Shown: one piece after another, positions 45,262 through 59,500 of the stretch
Numbering within the stretch: the stretch's first letter is position 1
Layout of the letters: each line of letters begins with the position of its first letter
Source of the DNA: Octopus vulgaris
Lineage: Eukaryota
Direction: 5' to 3'
Length of the DNA stretch: 64,000 bases
Assembly (NCBI GenBank): GCA_951406725.2
Contig: OX597823.1
Span: 95,356,001 to 95,420,000, forward strand
Made by a program: the position numbers and the translations under genes
Notes under the pieces: generated by a model
What the model was told of the DNA's origin: nothing
What the model saw: only the letters and a program-made list of their open reading frames with translations
The model's database searches: none

Positions 45262-45647
45262 TCTATGTGTGTGTGTTTTAGTGGTTCTATTGTTCTTGCT
45301 AATTGTATTGTAGTGGGTGTTTAGCCTCAAATCAATGCTCATAGACATTTATTATTGTTGATGGTGGTGTTTGTGTTGATGATAACCAATCCTAACTTCT
45401 CAGAGAAACGTCAGAGAAGTTACCCTTGAAAGATCTTCTACAGGTTTTCTTCACCTACTTAACCCTTATGAAATTATTCTATTTATATTATTATCATTAT
45501 TATCATGCCTATTGTTGTTGTTGTTTTTTCCGTAGTAGTAGTAGTAGTAGTGGTTGTTGTTATTAAAATTATTATTGTGATCATTATTATTATTATTATT
45601 ATTATCATTATTATTATTATAGTTGTTGTTACTATTATTATTATTAA

Positions 45648-46120
45648 GTGAGAGAGCAGTTCATGCCATCAAAGTGACACTGGGGTAAAATATACGAAGC
45701 CCAATATACCCATCATGACTACCCGTCTGATAAAGGTACACCAGGCACATGCATCACAACCATATGTGCGCGACATGGTGATCTCATATCAAGATAAACA
45801 GCACATGACCTTGCAGGTGGGGCCCAGTTAGAATTTTCTTCAGGTTGAGTAGCCCATCCCGCTCAAAAGGTCCCTGAATAAGGGTTGTTTAAGGATGTTG
45901 AAAGAACCACCCATGTTTCCAGAGGTGAATTATTCAAACCCCAAAGAATCCCTCTCAACACATGGCTATGATGCTCCCCCACTACTTCTGCTCGTGATCA
46001 GAGATGCACATATCGTCAGCCACTAAGGGACATGCTCAACTGGTTAAGGTCAAACAACTGACAAGCAAATCTGTGGTATTGAGCAGAATATTTGCTGTAG
46101 CCCATCTTTTATACCAAGAC
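45648..46120 (-). mobile_element. Second, 5'-shorter copy of the (TAA)n-embedded repeat
   Basis: Matches about 61037-61511 in reverse; same 3' end; (TAA)n flanks. Confidence 0.75.
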
Positions 46121-48785
<2,665 letters not shown>

Positions 48786-48789
48786 CATC

Positions 48790-49440
48790 TTCTTTCAATT
48801 TCGTTTCCATTTCTTCCTGAGTGTCTTCCCAACACCTAGAGCAAAGAAACTCATTGTATACATTGATAGGCCATCAAAATAAACACATCAGATTGTTCAT
48901 TTACAAAGCCATGAGACAGAAAGACAGGGGAAAGAAGGAGAATAAAGAAAAAATTGAAAAAGAGGAAACAAAAACAATAAAAGGGGAAAAGAAAAGGAGA
49001 GAGCAACAATATTCTTCTCAATACTTGTGACCATTTAGCAGTTAAGACCTTTTGCACTTCCTGCAAAGGTGGTAGGCCAGGGATTATCCACATATCACTT
49101 TCAGTTCCCTTTTTAATCATTCCAATTTCTCCTACAATTACTGGTATTGTAACCGTCTTGAGAATCCACATTTTTTTCAATTTCAATCAGGAAATCTTTA
49201 TATTTTCTGAGCTTATCAAGCTTTTTTGCTGCGGTATTATGATCACAAGGTATGCTCATGTCAACCAGTGAACAGGTCTTATTGTTTTGGTCTTTCACAA
49301 CAATATCTGGTTAATTAGCTTTGATGGTCTGGTCTGTACATACTGGAAAGTCCCAAAGGACCGTTACGTTACTCCCTCAGTTCCAGCCTCACGATGGTGC
49401 TTATACCATTTGTCAGCAGCTTTGATTTGATAATGCTGTA
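48790..49440 (-). mobile_element. R4/Dong-like family-2-related 3' fragment
   Basis: KDQNNKTCSLVDMSIPCDHN..KLDKLRKYKD, TIPVIVG; 3' UTR resembles 6800-6890; ends at (TAA)n. Confidence 0.78.
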
Positions 49441-49540
49441 TGTGCAGTGAGAGCTAATAGTAACTTCACTTCCCGAGCGTTAAACTAATACATCTGTATT
49501 ATACTGCCTGTCTTCGTCTTGTGTTTTGTTGTGAATTCTC

Positions 49541-49661
<121 letters not shown>

Positions 49662-49968
49662 TGTATATATGTATGTATGTGTGTATATATGTATATATAT
49701 AAATACACACACATACTCACACACATATAAGCATATGCCTTTACAATCCTATAGTGCATTAGTATCACTTTTATGATCTGTCTATCTATCTATCTGTCTG
49801 TCTGTCTGTCTGTCTGCCGGCCTGCCTGTTTGTCTGTCTGTCTAACTGTGTGTGCTCACATACATACATACATACATACATACATACATACATACATACA
49901 TACATACATACATACATACATACATACATACATGCATACACACATATGTATATACATACATACGTACA

Positions 49969-50047
49969 CTAAAATTTTGTATCCTCAGCAGATTGTCTCG
50001 GTTTCATAGGGTGAGTTTCTTCCTTTAGAATTACATCATTTTTAGTA
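49969..50047 (-). CDS. SLC22-like copy B probable terminal exon 10
   Basis: Long pyrimidine tract + ccag|T; in phase with exon 9; TKNDVILKEETHPMKPRQSAEDTKF*; brings the total CDS to 1662 nt (553 aa). Confidence 0.65.
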
Positions 50048-50735
50048 CTGGAAGGGAAGAAAGAAAGAAAGAAAGAAAAAGAGGAAAGAGCTAATCAGAC
50101 ATTTAGCAAAATAATGTTTAATATTTGAAATATGATGATAATAGTGATGATGATGATGATGAGGAAGAAAATATTGTTATTACTGATGATGCAGATGATG
50201 ATGATAGTGATGATGATGATGACTATGAATATGATGACGATGATGATGGTGATGATTAAGATTATTATTAAATCAATGATGTTATTTTTGTGAAAACCTT
50301 CCCTTCCACTGCTGTTGCTCCTGGGAGTTAGCTAGTCTCAGCTCATATCCATTCAGGTATCACTGACTCACTCGTTTTCCCCTCCTCTTTTCACTCATGA
50401 AGTGTCCACCCTTCATTGCCCTACATTAAACCCCAGTGGCATTGCAAGGGCAGCCAACAAAAGGAGCAAAGCAGCAACCACATTTTAAGTGGGGAAAATG
50501 CTTTTGTTTTTTTTATCTGTTATTTCTTAATTGCTTCAAGCATGAGACTGTGGCCATACTGGAGCACTGTCTTGAAGAATTTTTTACAGTCTGCTACATA
50601 TTCTGTTGGTGCCCTTTGCTGAACCACTAAGCTCTGGGACTATATACACACCAATGCTGGTTGTCAAGCGGGGGAGGGGGGACAAATAGAGACAGAAACG
50701 CATACACACACGTACATAAATATATTCATGCATGC

Positions 50736-50766
<31 letters not shown>

Positions 50767-51591
50767 CGCGTATATGTGTGTGTGTGTGTGTGTGTGGTTT
50801 GTAGATCCGATAGAGATAGAATCAACAAAAATGTACTATATCTATATCTATCTATATTTACATACATACAACAGGCTTCATACAGTTTCTGTCTACCAAA
50901 TCAACTCATAAGGCTTTGGTTTGCCCGAGGCTATAATAGAGAACACTTTCTCAAGGTGTCATACAGTGGAACAGAACCTGCAACCACGTGGTTGGGAAGC
51001 AAACAGCCTATCAGACAACCGCTTTAATTTTTCTTTTGGAATCTTGTACCTCTAAGAATTTTGAGTTCTTAGTAACTGTTCTTTGGTCTTGCCCATGCTA
51101 CAGCAAAGCTAACCACAACAGTTAATCTTTCCTTTCCAGGACATTGTTCTTCTGGTACTTTCTCCCAGTGGCCATTCACTTACAACACAACAAGAGACAT
51201 GCTAACGGCATCAGAGTAACCAAAGTTGAAGAGTTCCACAATGGCTATGGGCTCAGACCCTTACTCAAACAAAAAACTGCCACCAAGTAACCCAGATTAC
51301 TTCTGACTGAGGAAACCTAGGGCCAAAAGCATTCCAGCCTTAAACAATCTGCTTTGTTTTTTTTACCATTGTGCCTCAATATTCAACGTGTCCTTCTTTT
51401 TCTTTAAGGTGACAGGGTGTAATTTCTAGCAAGTTGAATGATCAATTAAAGGCTGACTTCTTGGTTCATAATGATGATGATGATGATGATGATGATGATA
51501 ATTACTATGTTGTTGATAGTGATGGTTATGATGATGATAATGTTAACAATGATGATGATGATGATGTTTAAATCATATAAGAGACACCTAC

Positions 51592-51755
51592 GCTAACTCC
51601 AGTTCTCCAGATTTGGTCAAATCATTGAAGTCATCCATCATTTTCCGGTTGTTTGTTTCGGGTAACAACAATGACAATAGCCCCGCGATTATGGTGAGTG
51701 CTCCCATAAGAACCATCGGCATTATTCGACCAAGCTTGCCAGAAACCAAATCTGA
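51592..51755 (-). CDS. SLC22-like copy B exon 9
   Basis: Not in ORF track. ttttcag|SDLVSGKLGRIMPMVLMGALTIIAGLLSLLLPETNNRK...ELELA; LPET motif; donor GC|GTAGGT (read-through gives a stop at 51588-51590). Confidence 0.88.
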
Positions 51756-51897
51756 CTGAAAAAAATATACAGAAAAAGGGACAGCAATTTAAAAACATGT
51801 TTTGTTTATTTTGTTGTTGTTTGACACCAGATCATTACTGAACAAGCACACTTATGGTCAAAGTTGTTCCCACGATGACCTCCGTGTTTTAATTTCA

Positions 51898-51899
<2 letters not shown>

Positions 51900-51941
<42 letters not shown>

Positions 51942-52090
51942 TTAAATATATATATATATATATGTATGTATTTAAATATATATATGTATAGGTATGTATG
52001 TATTTAAATATATATATGTATATGTATGTATGTATTTAAATATATATATGTATATGTATGTATGTATTTAAATATATATATGTATATGTA

Positions 52091-52162
<72 letters not shown>

Positions 52163-52288
52163 TATGTATGTATGTATTTAAATATATATATATATGTATG
52201 TATTTAAATATATATATGTATATGTATGTATGTATTTAAATATATATATGTATATGTATGTATGTATTTAAATATATATATGTATATG

Positions 52289-52370
<82 letters not shown>

Positions 52371-52470
52371 TATGTATGTATGTATTTAAATATATATATA
52401 TATATATATGTATATGTATGTATGTATTTAAATATATATATATGTATGTATGTATGTATGTGTATGTATA
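51900..52470. repeat. Compound (TA)n/(TATG)n microsatellite with recurring tatttaaatata units
   Basis: Read directly; other long (TA)n tracts at 10137-10505, 49543-49655, 54380-54450. Confidence 0.95.
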
Positions 52471-52664
52471 TATCTACATACACACACACACATATCGTAA
52501 CATATAATTGTCAACTAAGTGTGGCGTCCCCACACGGGACAGTGCTACTGACTTTCATAGCCCCGGGAAGACATCTCTTCCAGCTGGCTAACGAAAAACA
52601 TATTCTATATCCGATTATTATTTGCGGGGCGAGGTCATCGCTTCAATCCCCAGCCTTACGTGAT

Positions 52665-52711
52665 ACACACGGACTCGAGTTTCTGGGTGGTTATCCGTCC
52701 TCAGCGTGTGT
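52665..52711 (-). ncRNA. Type I hammerhead motif, left arm of palindrome
   Basis: Exact reverse complement of 52866-52912. Confidence 0.8.
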
Positions 52712-52865
52712 TAATCACCAGCTAGTTGTGAAAACTCACCCCACTCGCAAAATAATATATGCTTTTTCCAGCGACAGTTCGTCGCTGATCTCGAAAAAGA
52801 AGTAAGCTGGAAAAAGCACATAGTATTTGCGAGTGGGGTGAGTTTTCACAACTAGCTGGTGATTA

Positions 52866-52912
52866 ACACACGCTGAGGACGGATAACCACCCAGAAACTC
52901 GAGTCCGTGTGT
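52866..52912 (+). ncRNA. Type I hammerhead motif, right arm of palindrome
   Basis: ACACACG-CTGAGGA-CGGATAACCACCCA-GAAAC-TCGA-GTC-CGTGTGT; 7-bp stem I, palindromic stem III, weak stem II. Confidence 0.8.
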
Positions 52913-53241
52913 ATCACGTAAGGCTGGGGATAGGAGCAATGACCTCCCCTTGCAAATACTAATCAGACGTAGAATGTGTGTCGTTAGCCATCTGGAAGAG
53001 ATGTCTTCCTGGGGCTATAAATGCCAGTAGCACTGTCTCGTGTGGGGACGCCACACTTGGTTGGCAATTATATGTTACGATTTCGTATTGCTACTGTTTA
53101 CATCTCGCTCAGAAGTTTAATATAGCGTATATATATATATATATATATATATAGTTGGAATTTACAAAAAACAAAAAACGAAGACAGGTGTGTCACCAAC
53201 AAACAGGTGTATTAGTTTAACGCTCGGGAAGGTGGGAAAGT

Positions 53242-53277
53242 CTTTTACGTTTCGAGCCTTTGCTCTTCAACAGAAAG
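53242..53277 (-). ncRNA. Minimal hammerhead-like motif, variant core CUGUUGA
   Basis: CTTT-CTGTTGA-A-GAGC-AAAG-GCTC-GAAAC-GTA-AAAG; a decayed copy of the same family lies at 10572-10607 (+). Confidence 0.6.
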
Positions 53278-53371
53278 GAAAACGAGGAAATAAACAAAGA
53301 GAGAATAAAAAAGAAAACTTTAGTAGCTAGTGATCAATCATGTCGATGGCCTGACACAGATGGTCATACAC

Positions 53372-53489
<118 letters not shown>

Positions 53490-54382
53490 TTATTACATTG
53501 TTAAGAAAGTTCTTGGACAAGTCATTGTTGCAAGTCATTGAAGCTGATCTAATGCAAACTGCACATCAACTTGTGGTACAGTTTGGCATCTCCCATGTCA
53601 TGATCATCAACCCCCTGCATCGTCTTGGCAAGGTCAACAAGCTTGGAGAATGGGTGCCACATGAATTGACTGAAGTGAACAAACAAGCACGTGTCACTGC
53701 ATGTCAAAGTCTGCTATGGCGAAGCCGAAGATTCGATTGGTTGGAGTCAGTAATCACTAGGGATAAAAAGTGGGTACTGTACTCCAACGTGAGGTGCAGA
53801 CGATCCTGGTGTAGCAAAGGTCAACAGCCAAAACCTTCGCCAAAAAGACCTCTTGTGCAAAAGAAGGTTATGATCTCAGTTTGGTGGGATTGCCGTGGTG
53901 TGATTATGTTGGGTCTTCTCCCACGCAATGCCATTGTTGACAAGGATGTCTACTGCAAACAGATCGACCGTCTAAAGATCGCGCTGGCCGAAAAACGCTC
54001 AAATTTGAAGAAGATAATTTATCACCAAGACACGCGCCAGCACATCGTGCAAAGAAGACGTCCGAGAAGCTGAAGGAGGCGGGCTTGGAGATTAAGGTGC
54101 ACCCACCGTATTCTCCTGACTATAACTTATTCTCTGCCTTGCAACGTGCGATTGGCAATACAGAGTTCGAAAACGAAGATCTGAAATCGTTCCTTTACGA
54201 TTATATTGATTCAAAGCAACGCGATTTCTGGATGAAAGGATTCAAAACTTTGCCTGAAAGATGGCAAAAGGTGATCGATAACGAAGGTGATTACCTTTTG
54301 GATCGATTGTTCTTTGTTGTTTTTTCAATTGTTAATAAAGTGATATGTTAAAAATGTCCGTGAACTTCCTTACCAACTGATA
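53490..54382 (+). mobile_element. Mariner (DD34D) transposon, 5'-truncated, frameshifted
   Basis: WVPHELT, T.D.KWV, KKVMISVWWD, HPPYSPD, LPERWQKVI...GDY; TIR-like end gaacttccttaccaactgaTA. Confidence 0.85.
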
Positions 54383-54392
54383 TGTATGTATA

Positions 54393-54455
<63 letters not shown>

Positions 54456-54999
54456 AATATATCGTATATATATATATGTGTGTGTATATATAAAGAATAT
54501 ATTATAATTATAAAATGTAATTATAAATAACTAAAAAATATAAATGTAAGTACCATATTGCATTATGCCATACCATTCTTAACTGCAGAGAGAAGTTACA
54601 ATCCCCTCCGCAAATCATAGAATGTTACACGTTATACGACGGTGAATAGGTATACAAAATATAAAATTTAATGATATAATATAATGTAAACTAAAAGAAA
54701 TCACATGAAAATATAATATGAAGACGTATATATATATATATTCACATTTTCAAAATGTATATATATATATATATAAACATTTTCAAAATGTATATATATA
54801 TGTATATATATATACATATACATATGGAACCACATGTGGATCATTGGCGATTTTTTCCTCCGTTTTCCTTTTCCCTTTGACCTTCTTCCGTCTCCTGTTT
54901 CTGACGAAGAGCTTTGCTCGAAATGTCTGCTAACACTTTGCATGTACCACGTTGTCGCGTTGTCGTTTTTTCTTGTTTATTCTTCGTTTTCTTTTTATT

Positions 55000-55052
<53 letters not shown>

Positions 55053-55642
55053 TACATATATACCTAGAATTTCAAAGGAATTTATAAAATGATAAAATAG
55101 ACATAAGATAAAAACAAAAACTAAAAATAAAACAAATAAGAAAAGTAAAAAATGAAAATGAAAAATTGAATAATTATAAGTAAATGAATAATAAGGATCG
55201 GTCGTGGTATTCCTAATAACGTAAACTAAGAAATAAAATAAGATGAGGATACCATGGGATAGAGTTTTATAGAATATAATATTACAGGTTAGTATGAATT
55301 ATTATAAAGCTTCTATTTTATATAAAAGTAATCTACTTTTTAGGACCCTTTACCCTTTGAACGGCTGATCGAGAAATTAATTTTTTGTAACTAAATACTT
55401 TAAAACTTCGTATACTGGTAGAATGTCCCATATAAAACATCTTTTACTCTCAGTGTTGTTGAGAAAAGTTTGTATTTTCAAAGCTATTTCGTGTTAAAGT
55501 TGTCGTATTTCGGTAATTTCAACGAATCAATGAGGTGTATACATCTGAATAAAAGTACTGCTGTTGTTTGTCAACAACAACTTCCGGCGGTGTATATTTC
55601 GCTTGTCACTGTTATTTATGACATCGTTCGTGCGTTTGTACT

Positions 55643-55745
55643 GGTTTTAGGTTTAGGGTTAGGGTTTGAGTTTTAGAGTTAGGGTTAGGATTAAGGTTGG
55701 GTTTGGGGTTTTAGGGTTAGGGTTGAGATTTTAGGGTTAGAGTTA
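55643..55745 (+). repeat. Degenerate (TTAGGG)-like tract
   Basis: ggttttaggtttagggttagggtttgag...ttagggttagggttgag. Confidence 0.75.
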
Positions 55746-56065
55746 TGGAAATAGTGAAAAATGAAGAAATTGGAGGGGAGTGGGAAGGGGAGGGGGGCAA
55801 ACAAGACTTACCGAAAATAGTAGCTGAAAAGCAGGAAAATTCATCAACCATTAGTTTCTGTTGTTAAGATCAACAAAACTATGCAGTCATGGTTGTATGG
55901 TAAGAAGCTTGGTTCCCAACCACACAGTTCCTTGTTCAGTCCCACTGCATGGCACCTTGGGCAAGTGTCTTTTATTATAGCCTTGGGCCAGCCAAAGACT
56001 TGTGAGTGGATTCAGTGGACAGAAACTGAAAGAAGCCTGCCATATATTTATATATATATATATAT

Positions 56066-56509
56066 AAAGTAGTTGTATACTGTCAATTTAATGTGACCGC
56101 CCCATGAAGGGAATCACACTACTGCTACTTAGCCCTAGGAAGCAGCAACGCTTCCTGTCGGCTTTGACACATTTCCTTTGTCTTTATGTTTACAAAGGGG
56201 AGATAAGCACCTCCACCCAGCTAAGCCTGCAGCAAGAGACTAGTTTCTGAGTCCTTGCTCATCATCAGTCTGGAGTAGCATGGCCTGCTTGTTGGAGATG
56301 CCTATCTAGCTCTTGTAAATATAAGAATTCAAGTGAAATAAATTCACTGATCACAAAAATAGAAATAATACATTTCTCTTTATCTCATAAGGACACAGGA
56401 AACGTGTTAAGGCCGACAGGAAGCGTTGCTGCGTCCTAGGGCTGAATAGCAGTTGTATGATTCCATTCATGGGACTGTTACACTAAGTTGACAGTATGCA
56501 ACTACTTTA
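56066..56509. repeat. Inverted-repeat element (about 120-bp imperfect arms) with internal hammerhead
   Basis: aaagtagttgtatactgtcaa...cctaggaagcagcaacgcttcctgtcggc / gccgacaggaagcgttgctgcgtcctagg...ttgacagtatgcaactacttt; sits in (TA)n. Confidence 0.85.
56233..56273 (-). ncRNA. Minimal type I hammerhead motif
   Basis: AGA-CTGATGA-TGAG-CAAGGA-CTCA-GAAAC-TA-GTC-TCT; palindromic ACTAGT stem III. Confidence 0.8.
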
Positions 56510-56545
56510 TCGTATTACTACTGCATAAATCTCTCTAAGATATTT

Positions 56546-56594
<49 letters not shown>

Positions 56595-56715
56595 TATATA
56601 TACATAAAAATTTAATTTAATTCTGTATGTAAAAATTATTTTTAATCTTCGGATATTTTTAAAATTTGCTAGGCCACTGGTTTTAATTGATTAATATCAA
56701 TTTCTACCCGTATTC

Positions 56716-56765
<50 letters not shown>

Positions 56766-56768
<3 letters not shown>

Positions 56769-57283
56769 TTAAGTTAAGTTAATTTTGGGGCTCAAAAAGC
56801 AAAAAGCAAGGCCATGTAAGGAGACATGGAGTTATGTACAGGGGTGTTCAGGCAAAGAGTTCAGGCCATTTCTGGTCAAGAGAGACCTTGAACCGAGCGG
56901 TCGTCGGCATCTTCACTATCTCGTCCGGCAGCTTATTCCACGGATCCGCAACCCTGACGGAGAAAGCCCTTCTCCTTCGATTGAGATGAAATCGTCGCAG
57001 ATAGAGCTTTTCGGAGTGACCCCGCAGCCGACGCTCTGGAGCAGGAGTGAAGAACAGCTCTTTCGAGAGGTTACACTTTCCGCTTATGATGTTGTGAGCA
57101 AGAATGAGATCACCACGGCGTCGTCGTTTTTCTAGAGAATAAGGGTCGAGCGTCTTCGGCCTTTCTTCATAAGACAAATGCTTGAGACCAAGAACCATGC
57201 GGGTAGCTAGCTTCTGGACTCTTTCGGGATGATGTATGTCTTTGAGGAGATAAGGAGAAGAGGCTTGAATCCCGTACTCCAAC
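56766..57283 (-). mobile_element. CR1-like LINE 3' fragment
   Basis: LEYGIQASSPY...ERVQKLATR...SYEER...LEKRRRRGDLI...WNKLP; short (TTAAC)n tail next to (TA)n. Confidence 0.85.
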
Positions 57284-57969
57284 ACACATACATACATGCA
57301 AGTGTGTATGTTTGCATTTATCCCCACCACTGCTTGACAATAAATATTGGTTTGTTTATATCCATGCAACTCAGCAGTTCGGCAAAAAAGACTGATACAA
57401 TAAGTATATTATCATTATCATAATGTAACCTCTGGTCTCCATGCCGGCATGATTCGGATGGTTTGATACGGAGCTGTCTGGATTCCAAATGTCGGTTGTG
57501 GTATGGTTTCTACGGCTAGATGCCCCCAAATAATAAGCACTGGACTCGATTAATTCGATGAAATTCTTCAAGGTAGTGCCCCAGCATGGCCACCTTTTAG
57601 TGACTGAAACAAGTAAAAGATAAAAGATTAGTCTACAGAAATACTGTGTCTTCTTTCTGCTTCCGTTTTTAATACTACAATGTTTTCCATTTTGATTCGC
57701 TAACTGTATAATCCCTATTCCGGTTATTGAGCCAAAACATATCCAAGTCGGGCACCAACTGCATCACTTTTATCCATTTGGGAGATGGCATGCAACGAAA
57801 ATGGACAACTTGCATTCTTCGCTGATAAATATATTTCGAAAATAAATCGTTTTTAATACCAACTTGCTGCCGACCAAAGCTGGTCCTATGAAACAAACTT
57901 TCTGTTTTACGGTGATAATCAAAATTGCACATCAGATTTAGGTTCCAAGCAGCAGCTTAATAACAGTTT

Positions 57970-58180
57970 CAAATTTTGGCACAAGGCCAGCAGTTTCGAG
58001 GGAGTTGGGGTAGGTCAACTACATCAACCCCAATATCTAACTGGTACTTATTTTATCGATCCCGAAAGGATGACAGGCAATGTTGACCTCAGTGGAATTC
58101 CAACTCAGAATGTAAAGATGGACGAGATTCTGCCAAGAATTTGTTCCAGTCTGTTAATAATTCTGCCATCTCACCACCTG
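57970..58180 (-). mobile_element. Second SINE family (representative copy)
   Basis: ctggtacttattttatcga.cccgaaaggatga.aggcaa.gttgacctc.g.ggaatt..aactcagaatgtaaa; also near 32695(-) and 42270(+). Confidence 0.6.
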
Positions 58181-58536
58181 AAGTAGCAGCTTAATAATGA
58201 CAAAGTTATTCCACTAAATTCTTCGTTATTTCAAAATTAATTAGAACAAAGGCTGTGTATTTCAGAAATGTGGTAAGAAATGGCTTAGTTATTTTACTAA
58301 ATTCTTTGAAACAAATACAGTGAATTTCATCCCAAATACGGTAACAAATATGTTTATAGCCATTGTGCCTGGTCTGATGGATAATATTTCCTTATTCGTA
58401 TGTTGTTATGTAAATCCATAGAAAGATAAGCCTAGCTCTGTCTCTTTACTAATTGTGCTGGTTCCATGATGGGTGGACTAACAAAAGGGGCGAACAACAA
58501 AACAAATAGCAAGTCTGAAAGTATCTAAATACTTAC

Positions 58537-58718
58537 AAAGTTGAGAGTATAAGGTGCCAAAGCGCCGCCAACACGTGCACAGATGGCCAAAGCCCCCAAT
58601 GCACCGTTTCTTATACAAGTTGGATATAATTCCAAAGAGTATAAAATCACGATTCCAAAAGCTGCAGTGATAAACAAACGGCCAAATATCGAACTGGCAG
58701 TTAACATCCATCGATGGG
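58537..58718 (-). CDS. SLC22-like copy B exon 8
   Basis: ttttcag|CC (phase 1); HRWMLTASSIFGRLFITAAF...ELYPTCIRNGALG...ARVGGALAPY; donor TTT|GTAAGT; 182 nt. Confidence 0.92.
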
Positions 58719-58796
58719 CTGAAAAAGAAAAAGATAAAAGACAGAAGTCTTTAGTAAAAGAGAGAAAAAACCCTTTTCGGTATTTCACAGGCATGT

Positions 58797-59500
58797 GAAC
58801 CCTTAATATAATTCTTTGAATGGCTAACTAAGCTGTACATAATTTCAATAATCCATTCTCTGGTTTCTCTAAAAGAGTTTGGATAAAATAATGGAAACAC
58901 CAGTTTAAATGGAAAGTTTATTATTTAATATGGAATTGGTCCATGTTTGGCATCAGTCACATATTTAATATGTTGAGGAATTGACTTGTAGAAGTCCTGG
59001 ATGGTTGCTAAAGGAATTTTGATCCATTCTTCAAATAAAACCTTCTTTAGATCTTTCCACACCAATGGTGGAAGGAAACAACTTCTCCCTTGTTACACCA
59101 AAATGCATCATAAACGTTCAGTTATGTTTGGGTGGAATGATTGTAGGGGTGGTCTACTTCATTTATGTGCTCTTCTTACCAATTCTGAATAACAGTCTTT
59201 TGAATTGTCACATTATTGCCCTGGAAGATTGTGCTCCCACCAGGGAACAATATTTACACCACTGGATGGATATGACCAGCTAAAATACTCCGATAATCCT
59301 AGGCTTTAAATCTGCCATGTCGTGCCAAGAGATTTTCATATTTTGGCTACCTAAATAATCACAGAGCCACTTTCATTCTTCACAACTGGGACTAAGCAGT
59401 CAGTGTTGAAGGCTTCTTTGCGCTGTCTCTAGATATAAACTTACCCCAAATTTATAAAATAGAGTGAATGAGGATTCACCAGAGAAGATGACATTGTTCC
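58797..59500 (-). mobile_element. Tc1-like transposase relic
   Basis: Decayed segments resembling FSGES.F (FTDES), QGNN (QDN) and the Tc1 C-terminus; no intact ORF. Confidence 0.4.

Larger units (their letters stand above)
52494..53081. repeat. Long inverted repeat (about 280-bp arms, 33-nt spacer)
   Basis: atcgtaacatataattg...gctttttccagc / gctggaaaaagc...caattatatgttacgat; inner parts of the arms nearly perfect. Confidence 0.95.
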
